DNA of 64,000 nucleotides from Macrostomum lignano (taxonomy: Eukaryota), in NCBI GenBank assembly GCA_002269645.1, contig NIVC01000506.1, positions 62,001 through 126,000 of the forward strand, written 5' to 3'. Positions within the stretch are counted from its first letter, which is position 1, and the number at the start of each line of letters is the position of its first letter. This document shows positions 37,191 to 49,300 of this stretch, piece after piece. The translations under genes were made by a program, and so were the position numbers. The notes below the pieces were generated by a model, which saw nothing but the letters and a program-made list of their open reading frames with translations, was not told the origin of the DNA and did no database searches.

Positions 37191-38140
37191 TCATATAAAA
37201 ACTAATGAAAGTGTGTCATTTAAAAAATTAAGAAGCATCATGGAAGAATAAAAGAAGCGTAACGTAAAAATCAAAAGAAGCGTCATGTCAGACATGAAAC
37301 AAGTGTCATAAAAATTAAATGAAGCTATAGTGCTGTGCTGGGGAGAATCACTGAGACGTCAAGGCTCACAGAGAATAACTGAGATTACAGGGGGGTTTCT
37401 GAGATGTTAAAGCAAAAGTCAGAAGCTACTTCAAAGTACATGTACTTTACTTAAGTTTTTTTATTGCATTCTTTGTTGGCTTGCCACGGTGGGGGGGGGC
37501 GCTGATAGAAAAAGAGTCATGTAAAAATAAAAGGAGCACTATGTATACATAAAATAAAAGTCATGTCAAAGTTAAAAGATTCATTTGGGAATTGCTACGA
37601 TGTCAAAGCTTGGAGGGAATCGTTATAGTGCTGTGATTCTTAAAGAAGGAATCATTTAAATGCCAAGGCTTAGGGAAGAAGAATTGCTGTGATTTCAAGG
37701 CTTTAGGTTGGGTGAAAGTTAGGTTTACGTCAGGTTTGGGTTGAGGGTTAGATTTTAGCGCGTTTCAAGGTTAACAGGGGATTTTTTAGATTTCAAGGTT
37801 TATGGGGGGCATCGCTGACATGTCAAGGCTTACGAGGGGAATCTATCTATCTATCTATCTATAGCTGAGATGTCAAGGCTCACGGGGGAATAAATGAGAT
37901 GTCAAGGCTAATGTCAGAAGCTACATGTAGTTTATTGGAAAAAAGTTATTACATTATTTGTTGGCTCCTCACGGGAGGGATCGCTGATAGAAAAAGCGTA
38001 ATGTAAAAAAAAGAAGCTTCATGTCGAAGTTAAGAGATTCATTTAGGAATCCCTACGATGTCGAGGCTTGCAGGGAATCGCTATAATGCTGTAGTAGTGC
38101 TATAATGACTCTTAGAGAGAATTACTGAAATTTCAATGCT

Positions 38141-38180
38141 TTAGGGTTAGGGTTAGGGTTAGGGTTAGGGTTAGGGTTAG
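38141..38180 (+). repeat. Interstitial telomeric repeat (TTAGGG)6 TTAG
   Basis: Perfect hexamers read directly from the sequence. Confidence 0.95.
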
Positions 38181-38684
38181 AAAGTAGACAGATTTTTTAA
38201 GATTTCAAGGCTTATGGGAGCATCGCTGAGATGTCAAGGGGGGAGTTGATATGTTAAGGCTTGTGGGGAGGGATTGCTGACATGTCAAGGCTTACAAGGG
38301 TACTGGTAGCGTACTGAAGCATACTGGTAGAAGTAGCTCTGAAAGAAGGCAAGTATGGTTGAATTTCAATGTCTGTTATAAAATTCTGCACAAACATGTT
38401 TTATTGGTACATAAGCCTGGAATTAAAATGAGAATTCGATTCCTAGCCCCCTCCCTAAGAATTTTTTTCACTTTAAAGGATTCGTCCCTTGCTTATTGGC
38501 CACCCCGAAGGGGGGCGCTAGATTGCTAGTATTTGCTAAAGTCAGTCTAGCAGATCTTTGCTTTCGGATTTGTGCGTGTTTAAATGCAAACTGAACCTTT
38601 TGCCTTACCTGCTTCCAGGTTTGTGGGTCACGCTCGACACTTCATGATTTATTCTGTTTTGAAGAGTCTTCATGTAGCGTGAAG

Positions 38685-40980
38685 GAGATGACCGGTGTCA
38701 TACTGAGGGAGATGACCGATGTCATACTGAGGGAGATGACCGGTGTCATACTGAGGTAGATCACCGATATCATGGTGATGTACATGACCAATCTTATACT
38801 GAGGGAGATGACCGATGTCATACTGAGGGAGATTACCGATATCATGGTGAGCTACATGACCGATGTCATACTGAGGGAGATGACCGATCTCATGGTAATG
38901 TACATACATGACCAATCTCATACTGATCGGAGATGACCGATCTCATGGTGAGCTACATGACCAATCTCATACTGAGGGAGATGACCGATCTCATGGTGAG
39001 GTACATGACCAATCGCATACTGAGGGAGATGACCGATCTCATGGTGAGCTACATGACCAATCGCATACTGAGGGAGATGACCGATCTCATGGTGAGCTAC
39101 ATGACCAATCGCATACTGAGGGAGATGACCGATCTCATGGTGAGCTACATGACCAATCGCATACTGAGGGCGATGACCGATCTCATGGTGAGCTACATGA
39201 CCAATCGCATACTGAGGGAGATGACCGATCTCATGGTGAGGTACATGACCGATGTATTACTGAGGGAGATGACCGATCTCATGGTGAGCTACATGACCAA
39301 TCGCATACTGAGGGAGATGACCGATCTCATGGTGAGCTACATGACCAATCGCATACTGAGGGCGATGACCGATCTCATGGTGAGGTACATGACCGATGTC
39401 ATACTGAGGGAGATGACCGATGTCATTGTGAGGTACATGACCGATGTCATTGTGAGGTACATGACCGATGTCATACTGAGGGAGATGACCGATGTCATTG
39501 TGAGGTACATGACCGATGTCATACTGAGGGAGATGACCGATCTCATGGTGAGCTACATGACCGATGTCATACTGAGAGAGATGACCGATCTCATGGTGAG
39601 CTACATGACCGATGTATTACTGAGGGAGATGACCGATCTCATGGTGAGCTACATGACGAATCGCATACTGAGGGCGATGACCGATCTCATGGTGAGGTAC
39701 ATGACCGATGTCATACTGAGGGAGATGACCGATCTCATGGTGAGGTACATGACCGATGTCATACTGAGGGAGATGACCGATGTCATTGTGAGGTACATGA
39801 CCGATGTCATTGTGAGGTACATGACCGATGTCATACTGAGGGAGATGACCGATGTCATTGTGAGGTACATGACCGATGTCATACTGAGGGAGATGACCGA
39901 TCTCATGGTGAGGTACATGACCGATGTCATACTGAGGGAGATGACCGATCTCATGGTGAGGTACATGACCGATGTCATACTGAGGGAGATGACCGATCTC
40001 ATGGTGAGGTACATGACCGATGTCATACTGAGGGAGATGACCGATGTCATTGTGAGGTACATGACCGATGTCATACTGAGGGAGATGACCGATCTCATGG
40101 TGAGCTACATGACCGATGTCATACTGAGGGAGATGACCGATCTCATGGTGAGGTACATGACCGATGTCATACTGAGGGAGATGACCGATCTCATGGTGAG
40201 ATACATGACCGATGTCATACTGAGGGAGATGACCGATCTCATGGTGAGGTACATGACCGATGTCATACTGAGGGAGATGATTGATCTCATGGTGAGCTAC
40301 ATGACCGATGTCATACTGAGGGAGATGACCGATCTCATGGTGAGCTACATGACCAATCGCATACTGAGGGCGATGACCGATCTCATGGTGAGCTACATGA
40401 CCGATGTCATACTGAGGGAGATGACCGATCTCATGGTGAGGTACATGACCGATGTCATACTGAGGGAGATGACCGATGTCATTGTGAGGTACATGACCGA
40501 TGTCATACTGAGGGAGATGACCGATGTCATTGTGAGGTACATGACCGATGTCATACTGAGGGAGATGACCGATCTCATGGTGAGGTACATGACCGATGTC
40601 ATACTGAGGGAGATGACCGATCTCATGGTGAGGTACATGACCGATGTCATACTGAGGGAGATGACCGATCTCATGGTGAGGTACATGACCGATGTCATAC
40701 TGAGGGAGAGGACCGATCTCATGGTGAGCTACATGACCGATGTCATACTGAGGGAGATGACCGATCTCATGGTGAGGTACATGACCGATGTCATACTGAG
40801 GGAGAGGACCGATCTCATGGTGAGGTACATGACCGATGTCATACTGAGGGAGATGACCGATCTCATGGTGAGGTACATGACCGATGTCATACTGAGGGAG
40901 ATGACCGATCTCATGGTGAGCTACATGACCGATGTCATACTGAGGGAGATGACCGATCTCATGGTGAGGTACATGACCGA
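38685..40980. repeat. 48-bp minisatellite built from two related 24-mers (ATGACCGATCTCATGGTGAGGTAC + ATGACCGATGTCATACTGAGGGAG)
   Basis: About 2.3-kb array. The 458, 694 and 456 aa ORFs are translations of this repeat. Confidence 0.97.
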
Positions 40981-41701
40981 GATTCAAAGTGAACCATTGT
41001 GTGATGCCTCAATTTAGAAAAAGTAAATCGCAACAGGCAGCCCGTAAAATCTGCTGAATCATATTTTCCATTCTGTTGTAGCAAATTCGATTTGATTGAA
41101 GTATTGGCCCGTGGCTGGCGTGGGGCGTAACTATTATTATTATTATTATTATTTGAGCTCGTTGCTGTTCCTGCGAAGATTTAGTTCAACAATTTTTAGT
41201 ATATGGGATTCGAAAATGGAGTTGGAATTTTCTGAGATTGAATCGACCCCTTCAAGAAGAAGATTAGTTATTTCAAATTTAATAAAATTGCTTATTAAAA
41301 ACTCGGAGAAACTCCAAGTCTGTGAGAGAAATGCCAATAAAATTTAAATCGATTTCCAAATGCTTGTGCTGCAGTCAGTGAGAGCAGATTTGCGCATGTC
41401 TGTCTCTTGTTCGCAACATTTCAGGTGGAATTTCAACCCGATTTCGAAAATTCAAGGCTTTGGTTTTCAAATAACAAAATGGACAAGAAAGGCTGGGCTG
41501 ACTGCTTGACAGCTCTCTAATGATGCTAACCTGCTGCTCAACAAGCAGCCCCCGTGTCACTCCAGACTTCCTGTGCAATGCTCAGCCTCCGAGCCTCACT
41601 TCATCATTCTGAAGCTTCATTCATAACTCTGAATTGTATTCAACTTTGAAGCTTTGCTCATAAAGAAGGCGCACAAAATATTTTCCAACACATTGGGTTC
41701 A

Positions 41702-43248
41702 GCAGACAAGCATCAAGTGAAGCAGACACAAGCATCAAGTGCTCCCAGAAACAAGCATCAAGTGCTCCCAGACACAAGCATCAAGTGAAGCAGACACAAG
41801 CATCAAGTGCTCCCAGAAACAAGCATCAAGTGCTCCCAGAAACAAGCATCAAGTGCTCCCAGAAACAAGCATCAAGTGCTCCCAGAAACAAGCATCAAGT
41901 GCTCCCAGAAACAAGCATCAAGTGAAGCAGACACAAGCATCAAGTGCTCCCAGAAACAAGCATCAAGTGTAGCAGACACAAGCATCAAGTGCTCCCAGAA
42001 ACAAGCATCAAGTGAAGCAGACACAAGCATCAAGTGCTCCCAGAAACAAGCATCAAGTGTAGCAGACACAAGCATCAAGTGCTCCCAGAAACAAGCATCA
42101 AGTGAAGCAGACACAAGCATCAAGTGCTCCCAGACACAAGCATCAAGTGTAGCAGACACAAGCATCAAGTGCTCCCAGACACAAGCATCAAGTGTAGCAA
42201 ACACAAGCATCAAGTGCTCCCAGACACAAGCATCAAGTGTAGCAGACACAAGCATCAAGTGCTCCCAGACACAAGCATCAAGTGCTCCCAGAAACAAGCA
42301 TCAAGTGAAGCAGACACAAGCATCAAGTGCTCCCAGACACAAGCATCAAGTGTAGCAGACACAAGCATCAAGTGCTCCCAGACACAAGCATCAAGTGTAG
42401 CAAACACAAGCATCAAGTGCTCCCAGACACAAGCATCAAGTGCAGCAAACACAAACATCAAGAGCAGCAGACACAAGCATCAAGTGTAGCAGACACAAGC
42501 ATCAAGTGAAGCAGACACAAGCATTAAGTGCTCCCAGACACAAGCATCAAGTGTAGCAGACACAAGCATCCAGTGTAGCAGACACAAGCATCAAGTGCAG
42601 CAGACACAAGCATCAAGTGCAGCAGACACAAGCATCAAGTGTAGCAGACACAAGCATCAAGTGCAGCAGACACAAGCATCAAGTGCAGCAGACACAAGCA
42701 TCAAGTGCAGCAGACACAAGCATCAAGTGCAGCAGACACAAGCATCAAGTGCAGCAGACACAAGCATCAAGTGCAGCAGACACAAGCATCAAGTGTAGCA
42801 GACACAAGCATCAAGTGCTCCCAGACACAAGCATCAAGTGCTCCCAGACACAAGCATCAAGTGTAGCAAACACAAGCATCAAGTGCTCCCAGACACAAGC
42901 ATCAAGTGCAGCAAACACAAACATCAAGAGCAGCAGACACAAGCATCAAGTGTAGCAGACACAAGCATCAAGTGAAGCAGACACAAGCATTAAGTGCTCC
43001 CAGACACAAGCATCAAGTGTAGCAGACACAAGCATCCAGTGCAGCAGACACAAGCATCAAGTGCAGCAGACACAAGCATCAAGTGCAGCAGACACAAGCA
43101 TCAAGTGCAGCAGACACAAGCATCAAGTGTAGCAGACACAAGCATCAAGTGCAGCAGACACAAGCATCAAGTGCAGCAGACACAAGCATCAAGTGCAGCA
43201 GACACAAGCATCAAGTGCAGCAGACACAAGCATCAAGTGCTCCCAGAC
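41702..43248 (+). repeat. 22/23-bp minisatellite (CAGACACAAGCATCAAGTG + CAG/TAG/AAG/CTCC)
   Basis: Tandem repeat; a reverse-complement array lies at 53455-53760. Confidence 0.96.
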
Positions 43249-43702
43249 TGTGAAGCTGTCTCTCCCTAGTCCTGAAGCTCCAATTTCACTCTAAAGCTCC
43301 TGACTGAATCTTTCTTGGGCAGAAATTTCTTTTGATTAATTTATAAAATTATTAAGGCGCTTCACAGCTGCTCATTATTCAAGCAACGCAGAAGCAAATT
43401 ACAACGAAAAATTGCAACAATCCCATTATACCCACAGATACTAGAATAACTCTTGTATCTGTGATTGTATCTAGTATCTAATCTTATCTTATCTTGCATG
43501 TCGTATCTTGTATCTATTAAATCTAGTATCTGTGATTGTATCCAACTGTTTCTACATTCCGACTTGGAGCTTCGCGATTGGTCGCAGAGCCGCGCACCCC
43601 AGGCGGATAAATTGCTGCGCTCGGGAGGGCTGGGAGAATCGACAATTTCGAATCTCTGACGATTTTCCTGACAGCAAAATTGTTTCAGAAGTGAATTTCG
43701 CC

Positions 43703-44056
43703 ATGGCAGCCGCAGCTCACCGAACCTCCCTGACCCTGTGCACCTGCCTGATGCTGATGGTGCTCGCCCAGCTGCCCGCAGCATCAGCCTACCAGTGCCA
43801 GTTCACGATCAACAGACGCGAAGCCGACGGGTCGATGGCTCACCGGCTGGAGAACTGCAATGGAGAAGCTACGAAATGCTTCTCGGGGACTCTCCTGGAG
43901 ACAGGCGAGGCCGTGGCCTGCTCGGATGGCCTGACGCTGGCCCGGGCGGGTGACGTCATCAAGGGATGCGTTGGAACGCACGTTACTGCGGCGTTCATGG
44001 CTGCTAAGGGCTTTGCCTCGATCAAAATCTGCGAGACGGACCTGTGCAACGCTTAG
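43703..44056 (+). CDS. Small secreted cysteine-rich protein, Ly6/uPAR (three-finger)-like, 117 aa, single coding exon
   Basis: GCCATGG start context, hydrophobic signal peptide ending about ASA|YQC. Cys spacing YQC..NC..KC..KGC and C-terminal ICETDLCNA* (C..DxCN motif). No GPI tail. Confidence 0.72.
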   Translation: MAAAAHRTSLTLCTCLMLMVLAQLPAASAYQCQFTINRREADGSMAHRLENCNGEATKCFSGTLLETGEAVACSDGLTLARAGDVIKGCVGTHVTAAFMAAKGFASIKICETDLCNA

Positions 44057-44907
44057 GCCCAATCGATTGCAGACAAATGATTGAATCGAATTTTGAAATA
44101 AAACTGCAAATATAAGCTGCCGGTTATTGACTTCTTTAACATGACCAATCAGTTTGCTTCATTTTGGTCTTTTCTATTTATCGAGCCAGCCAAGGGCCAT
44201 GACAGTATTTTTGCTGGAGTGACGCGTCTTAAAGGCACAGTTTCGTTCAATCCTGACGCTCTTGACCCTGAAGCTCCCGCTGACCCTGAAGCTCTTCTTG
44301 ACCCTGAAGCTCTTCTTGACCCTGAAGCTCCCGCTGACCCTGAAGCTCCCGCTGACACTGAAGCTCACAATGACACTGAAGCTCCCACTGACCCTGAAGC
44401 TCCCGCTGACCCTGAAGCTCCCGCTGACCCTGAAGCTCGCACGCGAAGGTGTATTCAGCACGCCAGTGAAGTATGAGACAGACCAGGCCTATGGGCTACG
44501 GTCTGCGATGCTTCACGCCTGCCCCTATCTTCAGCAGGTCAAGGCTGGTGGGAGGTCTGCACCCGCTATTTGCCGCTGGCAGCCGCAGACCCCCCCCTCA
44601 CGCTGTTTCGCAAGTCGACCCAGGGTACTCGTCCCCGCGTGTGTTCAAGGCAGACCCTAGGGCTGCTGGACAGACTGGGCTCCGACGCTGGCGACCCATC
44701 CAGTGGCTTCGGCCGAACTTGGGTATGCGGGTCTGGCTCGCCAGCCTGCAGGCCGTGGTACTGCTTAACGTACCCCCTATTGCATAAGGTGTTTGACCGT
44801 GCCGATGGGCTGGAAGGCCGGGGGGTTGTCCGGTCGCTAGCGGTCCCTTTCTTTTTCTTCTTTCCTCTTTCTTTTGTGACTCAGCTCACTCCTTCCCGCT
44901 TTCAGCT

Positions 44908-46368
44908 ATGGCGTCATCCGCCTCTTTCAACCCCGCTGAAGCCGGGGCCCCGGCAACTCCGGCCGGTGACTCTGGCACCAGCGCCGCCCCACCGGGGGCA
45001 GATGGGCTTGCCGCCGGCTCGGCCGGTGACATGCCCGCACGCGCAACCGGGCCCTCCGCTGAAGCCCGACGCGCCCGCAACCAACGCCGCAACGAGCGTC
45101 GACGGCGACTGCGGGATACTGCGGGCCGGCCACCGGCGGAGGGGGAACCTAGGGAGGGCGAGGCTGCTGTTGGGCCGAAAGGAGCCACAGCAACCCCTGC
45201 CCCCCAGGATACAACCCCCGCTGGTGAGCCACCCAGTAAACCTGCTACAAGCGCGGCCGGGCCTTCGAGAACCGCCGCCACCAACTACGCCTCAAAGGTC
45301 AAGCTCCAACCGGCGGTCATCGTCTTCGGGGAAGAGCAGGACCTCACGGCCGACGAGCTCGACAGTGCCTGGCGCACCATTGATGCTGCGCTCATCGACC
45401 AGCTCCTGGCAGGCCGCCCTGTGAGCGTGGTCAAGTCTGCCAAGACCGACGGCTGCATCTTCATCTGGTGCAACTCGGAGGAGAGCAGCCGCAATCTACG
45501 CGAGCTTCTGCCAAAGCTGAACTGGCCCAAGAAGCTCGGCAAGCTCGTCTTCGCCAGCGAAGGCGAGCGACAGAAGACCCAGCGCTTTCGCGTCTGGATC
45601 CCGGCCGGCAGTGCCATTAAGTCCGGAGATCAGCTTAGGCAAATATTGCTAAAGCTGCACCCCGACCTTGAGGTCAACGGGCTCCTACACCACGCCACTT
45701 CCCGCAAGGAGAAGGGGGCTACGGTGATCCTAGGGCTCTCTGATGACTGGGCTAAGCGCTTGCCGCCTAAGTCCACAATTCATATTGGTCTGACTCAGCT
45801 GACCATCCTCCGTTGCGAGGAGCGGAAAGCTGATGAAGCCAAGAATGCCAAGGCTTCCGAAACCGGAACTGGGGCCCAGGCTCCTCCGGCAAAGAAGCCG
45901 AGGCAAACGGTCGACCCTATGCCCGGTAAGGCAGTTCGCGCTGCTGAAACCGGAAATCGCAGACCCGCCAGGAGCACCCGGAGGTCCGGCCTAATACAGC
46001 GCGCGCTGGACCAGGCCAAGAGCCTTCGGGCGCATCGTGAGCGGGCCCGCGCCTCTCGCGCTCCACCCCAACAGCCAGAAGGCCAGGCTCTAAGCGGGGA
46101 GGCTCCGACCGACTGGTTCGAGTCTGTGACTCACCAGGAGGCTGGCGCCACCCGCATCGACCTGACCGACGAGGCAGAGGGGACGGGCAGTGACAGCACC
46201 GAAGCACGCAGGGGAGGCGACGGTAACGTCCACGCTGGGCTCACGTCCGCGGAGGACTCCACAGCCACCCTAACTGCTGAGGACGCTGAAACTCCCATGG
46301 AGGTCTGCGGGTCACCCACCACTGAAAAGGAGGAGGATGACCTGCTAAACGATTCCCCAACTGCGTGA
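44908..46368 (+). CDS. LINE ORF1 (gag-like nucleic-acid-binding protein), 486 aa, intact
   Basis: Long non-repetitive ORF directly upstream of the endonuclease ORF; ORF2 ATG (46371) lies 2 nt after its stop. Assignment rests on position. Confidence 0.75.
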   Translation: MASSASFNPAEAGAPATPAGDSGTSAAPPGADGLAAGSAGDMPARATGPSAEARRARNQRRNERRRRLRDTAGRPPAEGEPREGEAAVGPKGATATPAPQDTTPAGEPPSKPATSAAGPSRTAATNYASKVKLQPAVIVFGEEQDLTADELDSAWRTIDAALIDQLLAGRPVSVVKSAKTDGCIFIWCNSEESSRNLRELLPKLNWPKKLGKLVFASEGERQKTQRFRVWIPAGSAIKSGDQLRQILLKLHPDLEVNGLLHHATSRKEKGATVILGLSDDWAKRLPPKSTIHIGLTQLTILRCEERKADEAKNAKASETGTGAQAPPAKKPRQTVDPMPGKAVRAAETGNRRPARSTRRSGLIQRALDQAKSLRAHRERARASRAPPQQPEGQALSGEAPTDWFESVTHQEAGATRIDLTDEAEGTGSDSTEARRGGDGNVHAGLTSAEDSTATLTAEDAETPMEVCGSPTTEKEEDDLLNDSPTA

Positions 46369-46370
46369 TA

Positions 46371-49300
46371 ATGATCAGCAACCAGGGAATCCATTGCCTG
46401 CAGATTAATCTGCAACACTACGTCGCAGCCTCGGTCAACCTTATGCGTTACGCCGAGCTCGACAAGCCGGGGCTCATCCTCGTCCAGGAACCCTGGACTC
46501 TCAGAGGTAAGCCTCAAAACGCCCCTGCTGGCTACAATTGTTTTTATACTTACCCTCGCGAGGCCAACCAGCCTCCCAGAGCTTGCATCTTTGCGAGCAA
46601 AACGCTCAGTGCGTGGCTCAGATCGGACCTGTCCAACAGGGACATCTGCGTCATCCAATCCGAGGACCTCCTTCCGGGGAAGACCACCCTCATTGCCTCG
46701 GTTTACTTACCAGGTGATGCTGCGGTCGTCCCCAGAGCCCTCGCTACGCTGGTAGAGCTCTGCTCTGCCAAAAACTACGAGCTCATGGTTGCCGGCGACA
46801 TCAACGCCCACCACACTCACTGGGGCAGCACTGGCATTAATCAGAGAGGCGAATACCTCCTAGCCTACGTTGCCTCTACGACCCTCGAGTTCTGCAACTC
46901 TCGGTCCACCCCTACCTTTGACAACGGACGGTGGTCGGAGGTGATCGACGCTACGCTCGCAACGCCCAGACTCTACCAGAGTATTGGGGCGTGGCGGGTG
47001 CCTTCAGTGTCCTCACTCTCGGATCACAAGTTCATCTCCTTCAACCTAATGGCCGCGCGTAGCGCAACTCGTGTTACGTGGAGACGGAACGCCAGAAATA
47101 CTGATTGGGAAACCTTCGGGCTCGCCCTGAAGGAATTCCATCGGTCTCCTGGCCAACCATCCACGATCACGTCGTGCCGAGAGGCGGATGAGTGCGCGAC
47201 TGTTTTGACAGAGACGCTAACCGCCGCCTTTGAGGCGTCCTGCCCTTTAAAAGCCTATAAAGGGAAAAAAATCCGCGCCGTGGTGGAATCCCGAACTCGG
47301 CAACCTCCGTCGCAGGGCTAAGAGACTCCACCGCAGAGCAACTAAAACTAAGAGCCCAGCGGACCAAACCGCCTATCATGGAGCAATTCATGAGTTTAAA
47401 AGGCAGGTTAGGAATGCAAAGGCTCAAAAATGGCGACAATACTGTGAGGAGCTAGAGGGCTCACGCCCCACCTCCAGAGTTGTGAAAGCGCTCACGCTGG
47501 ACAAAATGTCTAAGCTCTCCTCGGTCAAACGCACCGACGGTACGTCCACGGACAACCCAGGGGAAACGCTTGATGTAATGCTCACTGCGTTCTTCCCCAA
47601 CGAGCCAGCTAACCCGACCACTCCGGATCACTCGGAGGGAGGTCACGCGCTGGCTGCCTCTATCATCACGGAGGACCGCATCGTGAGAGCGGCTAATTCC
47701 TTCAAGCCTTTCAAAGCCCCAGGACCCGACGGCATTGTACCGGCCCTCCTAAGAGAGGCGGTTAAATGCCCAGGCTTCCTGCGCAAACTTTGCAGCCTTC
47801 TTCGGGCATGCATCACGCTTGGTTATGTCCCACAGGCATGGACCAAGGCAAAGGTGATCTTTATCCCTAAGCCAGGCCGCCCGGACTACCATTCTATCAA
47901 ATCCTTCAGATCCTCCTTCCTTCATGACCTCCTCCCTGGTCAAGCTGATGGAGAGACTGGTGCTTTGGCGCCTTCTCTCTGTTGAGCTGAAGAACAAACC
48001 TCTCAGCGAGAACCAGCACGCTTTTCGGGCGGGTCGCTCCACTGAAAGCGCGCTGCACGTCCTGGTCGATAAACTCGAGAAGGCTGTGCTTGGAAACGGC
48101 TGCGCTCTTCCTGGATCTTCCTGGACATCATTGGCGCCTTCGATAACGTCCTCTTTGAGGCGTTCCGAAGAGCTCTTTGTGAGAGGCAAACGCACTCACA
48201 TCTCACCAGATGAATCATGTACATGATCAGCCATCGCACGGCCACCGCCAGTCTGCTGGGCTACCAGAGGACGGTCCCCGTCTGCAAAGGTAGCCCGCAA
48301 GGTGGGGTGCTGTCTCCAGTTCTCTGGAATATGGTCATCGATGAGCTCCTCCGGGATGTTCGGCCTGACCCCATTCTGAAAGTTGGATATGCGGACGATG
48401 TCACCGCGGTGGCATCTGGTCCGTCCCCTGATACCCTCAGGGACCTTCTTCAGAACTTCTTCAGAGCCGCTGAGCAATGGGCGTACCGCTGTGGTTTAAG
48501 GCTCTCTGAGACTAAGACCGCAGCGTTCATGTTCACCAGCAGGACCAAGTGGCAGATTCGGCCGCTCACGCTTTACGGAAGGGAAATCCCCTTCTGCAAG
48601 CAGACTAAATGTCTGGGTATTACCCTGGACCACAGGCTGAACTGGTCACCCCACGTTCAAGCAAAAGCCAAAAAGGCCTTCGTAGTCCTCGCGCAATTGC
48701 GCAGGGCTGTCGGCACCACCTGGGGGCTCACCCCCAAGCGCCTCTGGTGGATCTACACTGCAATGGTTAGGCCCGCTATCTCGTATGGCGGCCTGATCTG
48801 GGCTAGCGCCCTGCAGGTAAAGACCTGTCTAGAGGCTCTCAGGAGAGCGCAAGGGCGCGCATGTCGCATGATCATGAGCGCCCCTCCGTCTGCTCCTTAC
48901 GATGGCCTCAACGCCTTCCTCAACATTCCTCCGCTGGAAATCTTTGTCCGCAGGGAAGCGGCTAAGACTGCCCGCCGTCTAGCTGACGCTGGCATTCGAA
49001 TCCAGCCCCATAGGGCCATGGCTAAGCGCAAGCTTCTGCCCCACGCCGACCTCTGCCTCAAAGACTTGAGAGACAGCGGCGGGCTCCACGTCCTATCTGA
49101 CGGCGAACCCCGCACTCTCAACCTCTTTCAGCGCTACAAGGTCACCATCCCCTCTAGGGATGCTGCCAATGACCACTGGAAATTCCAGGAGGTCCATTGC
49201 TACACGGACGGATCCATCAAAGACGGTCGCGCCGGCTTTGGGGTCTGCATCATCATCGACGGCCGCGTAATTGCCACGCATGCCCAGCACACTGGTAGAC

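Larger units (their letters stand above)
33219..38529 (+). mobile_element. Non-autonomous Helitron, 5.3 kb, carrying three minisatellites and a telomeric tract
   Basis: Starts TCCATATACTAAAAATGGTCTG plus (TG)n directly after CTAG and shares the 5' module. Ends CACCCCGAAGGGGGGCGCTAGATTGCTAG (38526-38529)|T. Confidence 0.85.

Noticed and set aside
38141-38180. Chromosome end or healed break
   Set aside because: Only 40 bp, internal to a Helitron 3' arm, with ordinary sequence on both sides; treated as interstitial.
38908-41017. Long ORFs of 458, 694 and 456 aa (His/Asp-rich, resembling metal-binding proteins)
   Set aside because: They are open in several frames and on both strands only because the 48-bp unit lacks stops. 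There is no unique coding sequence or splice context.
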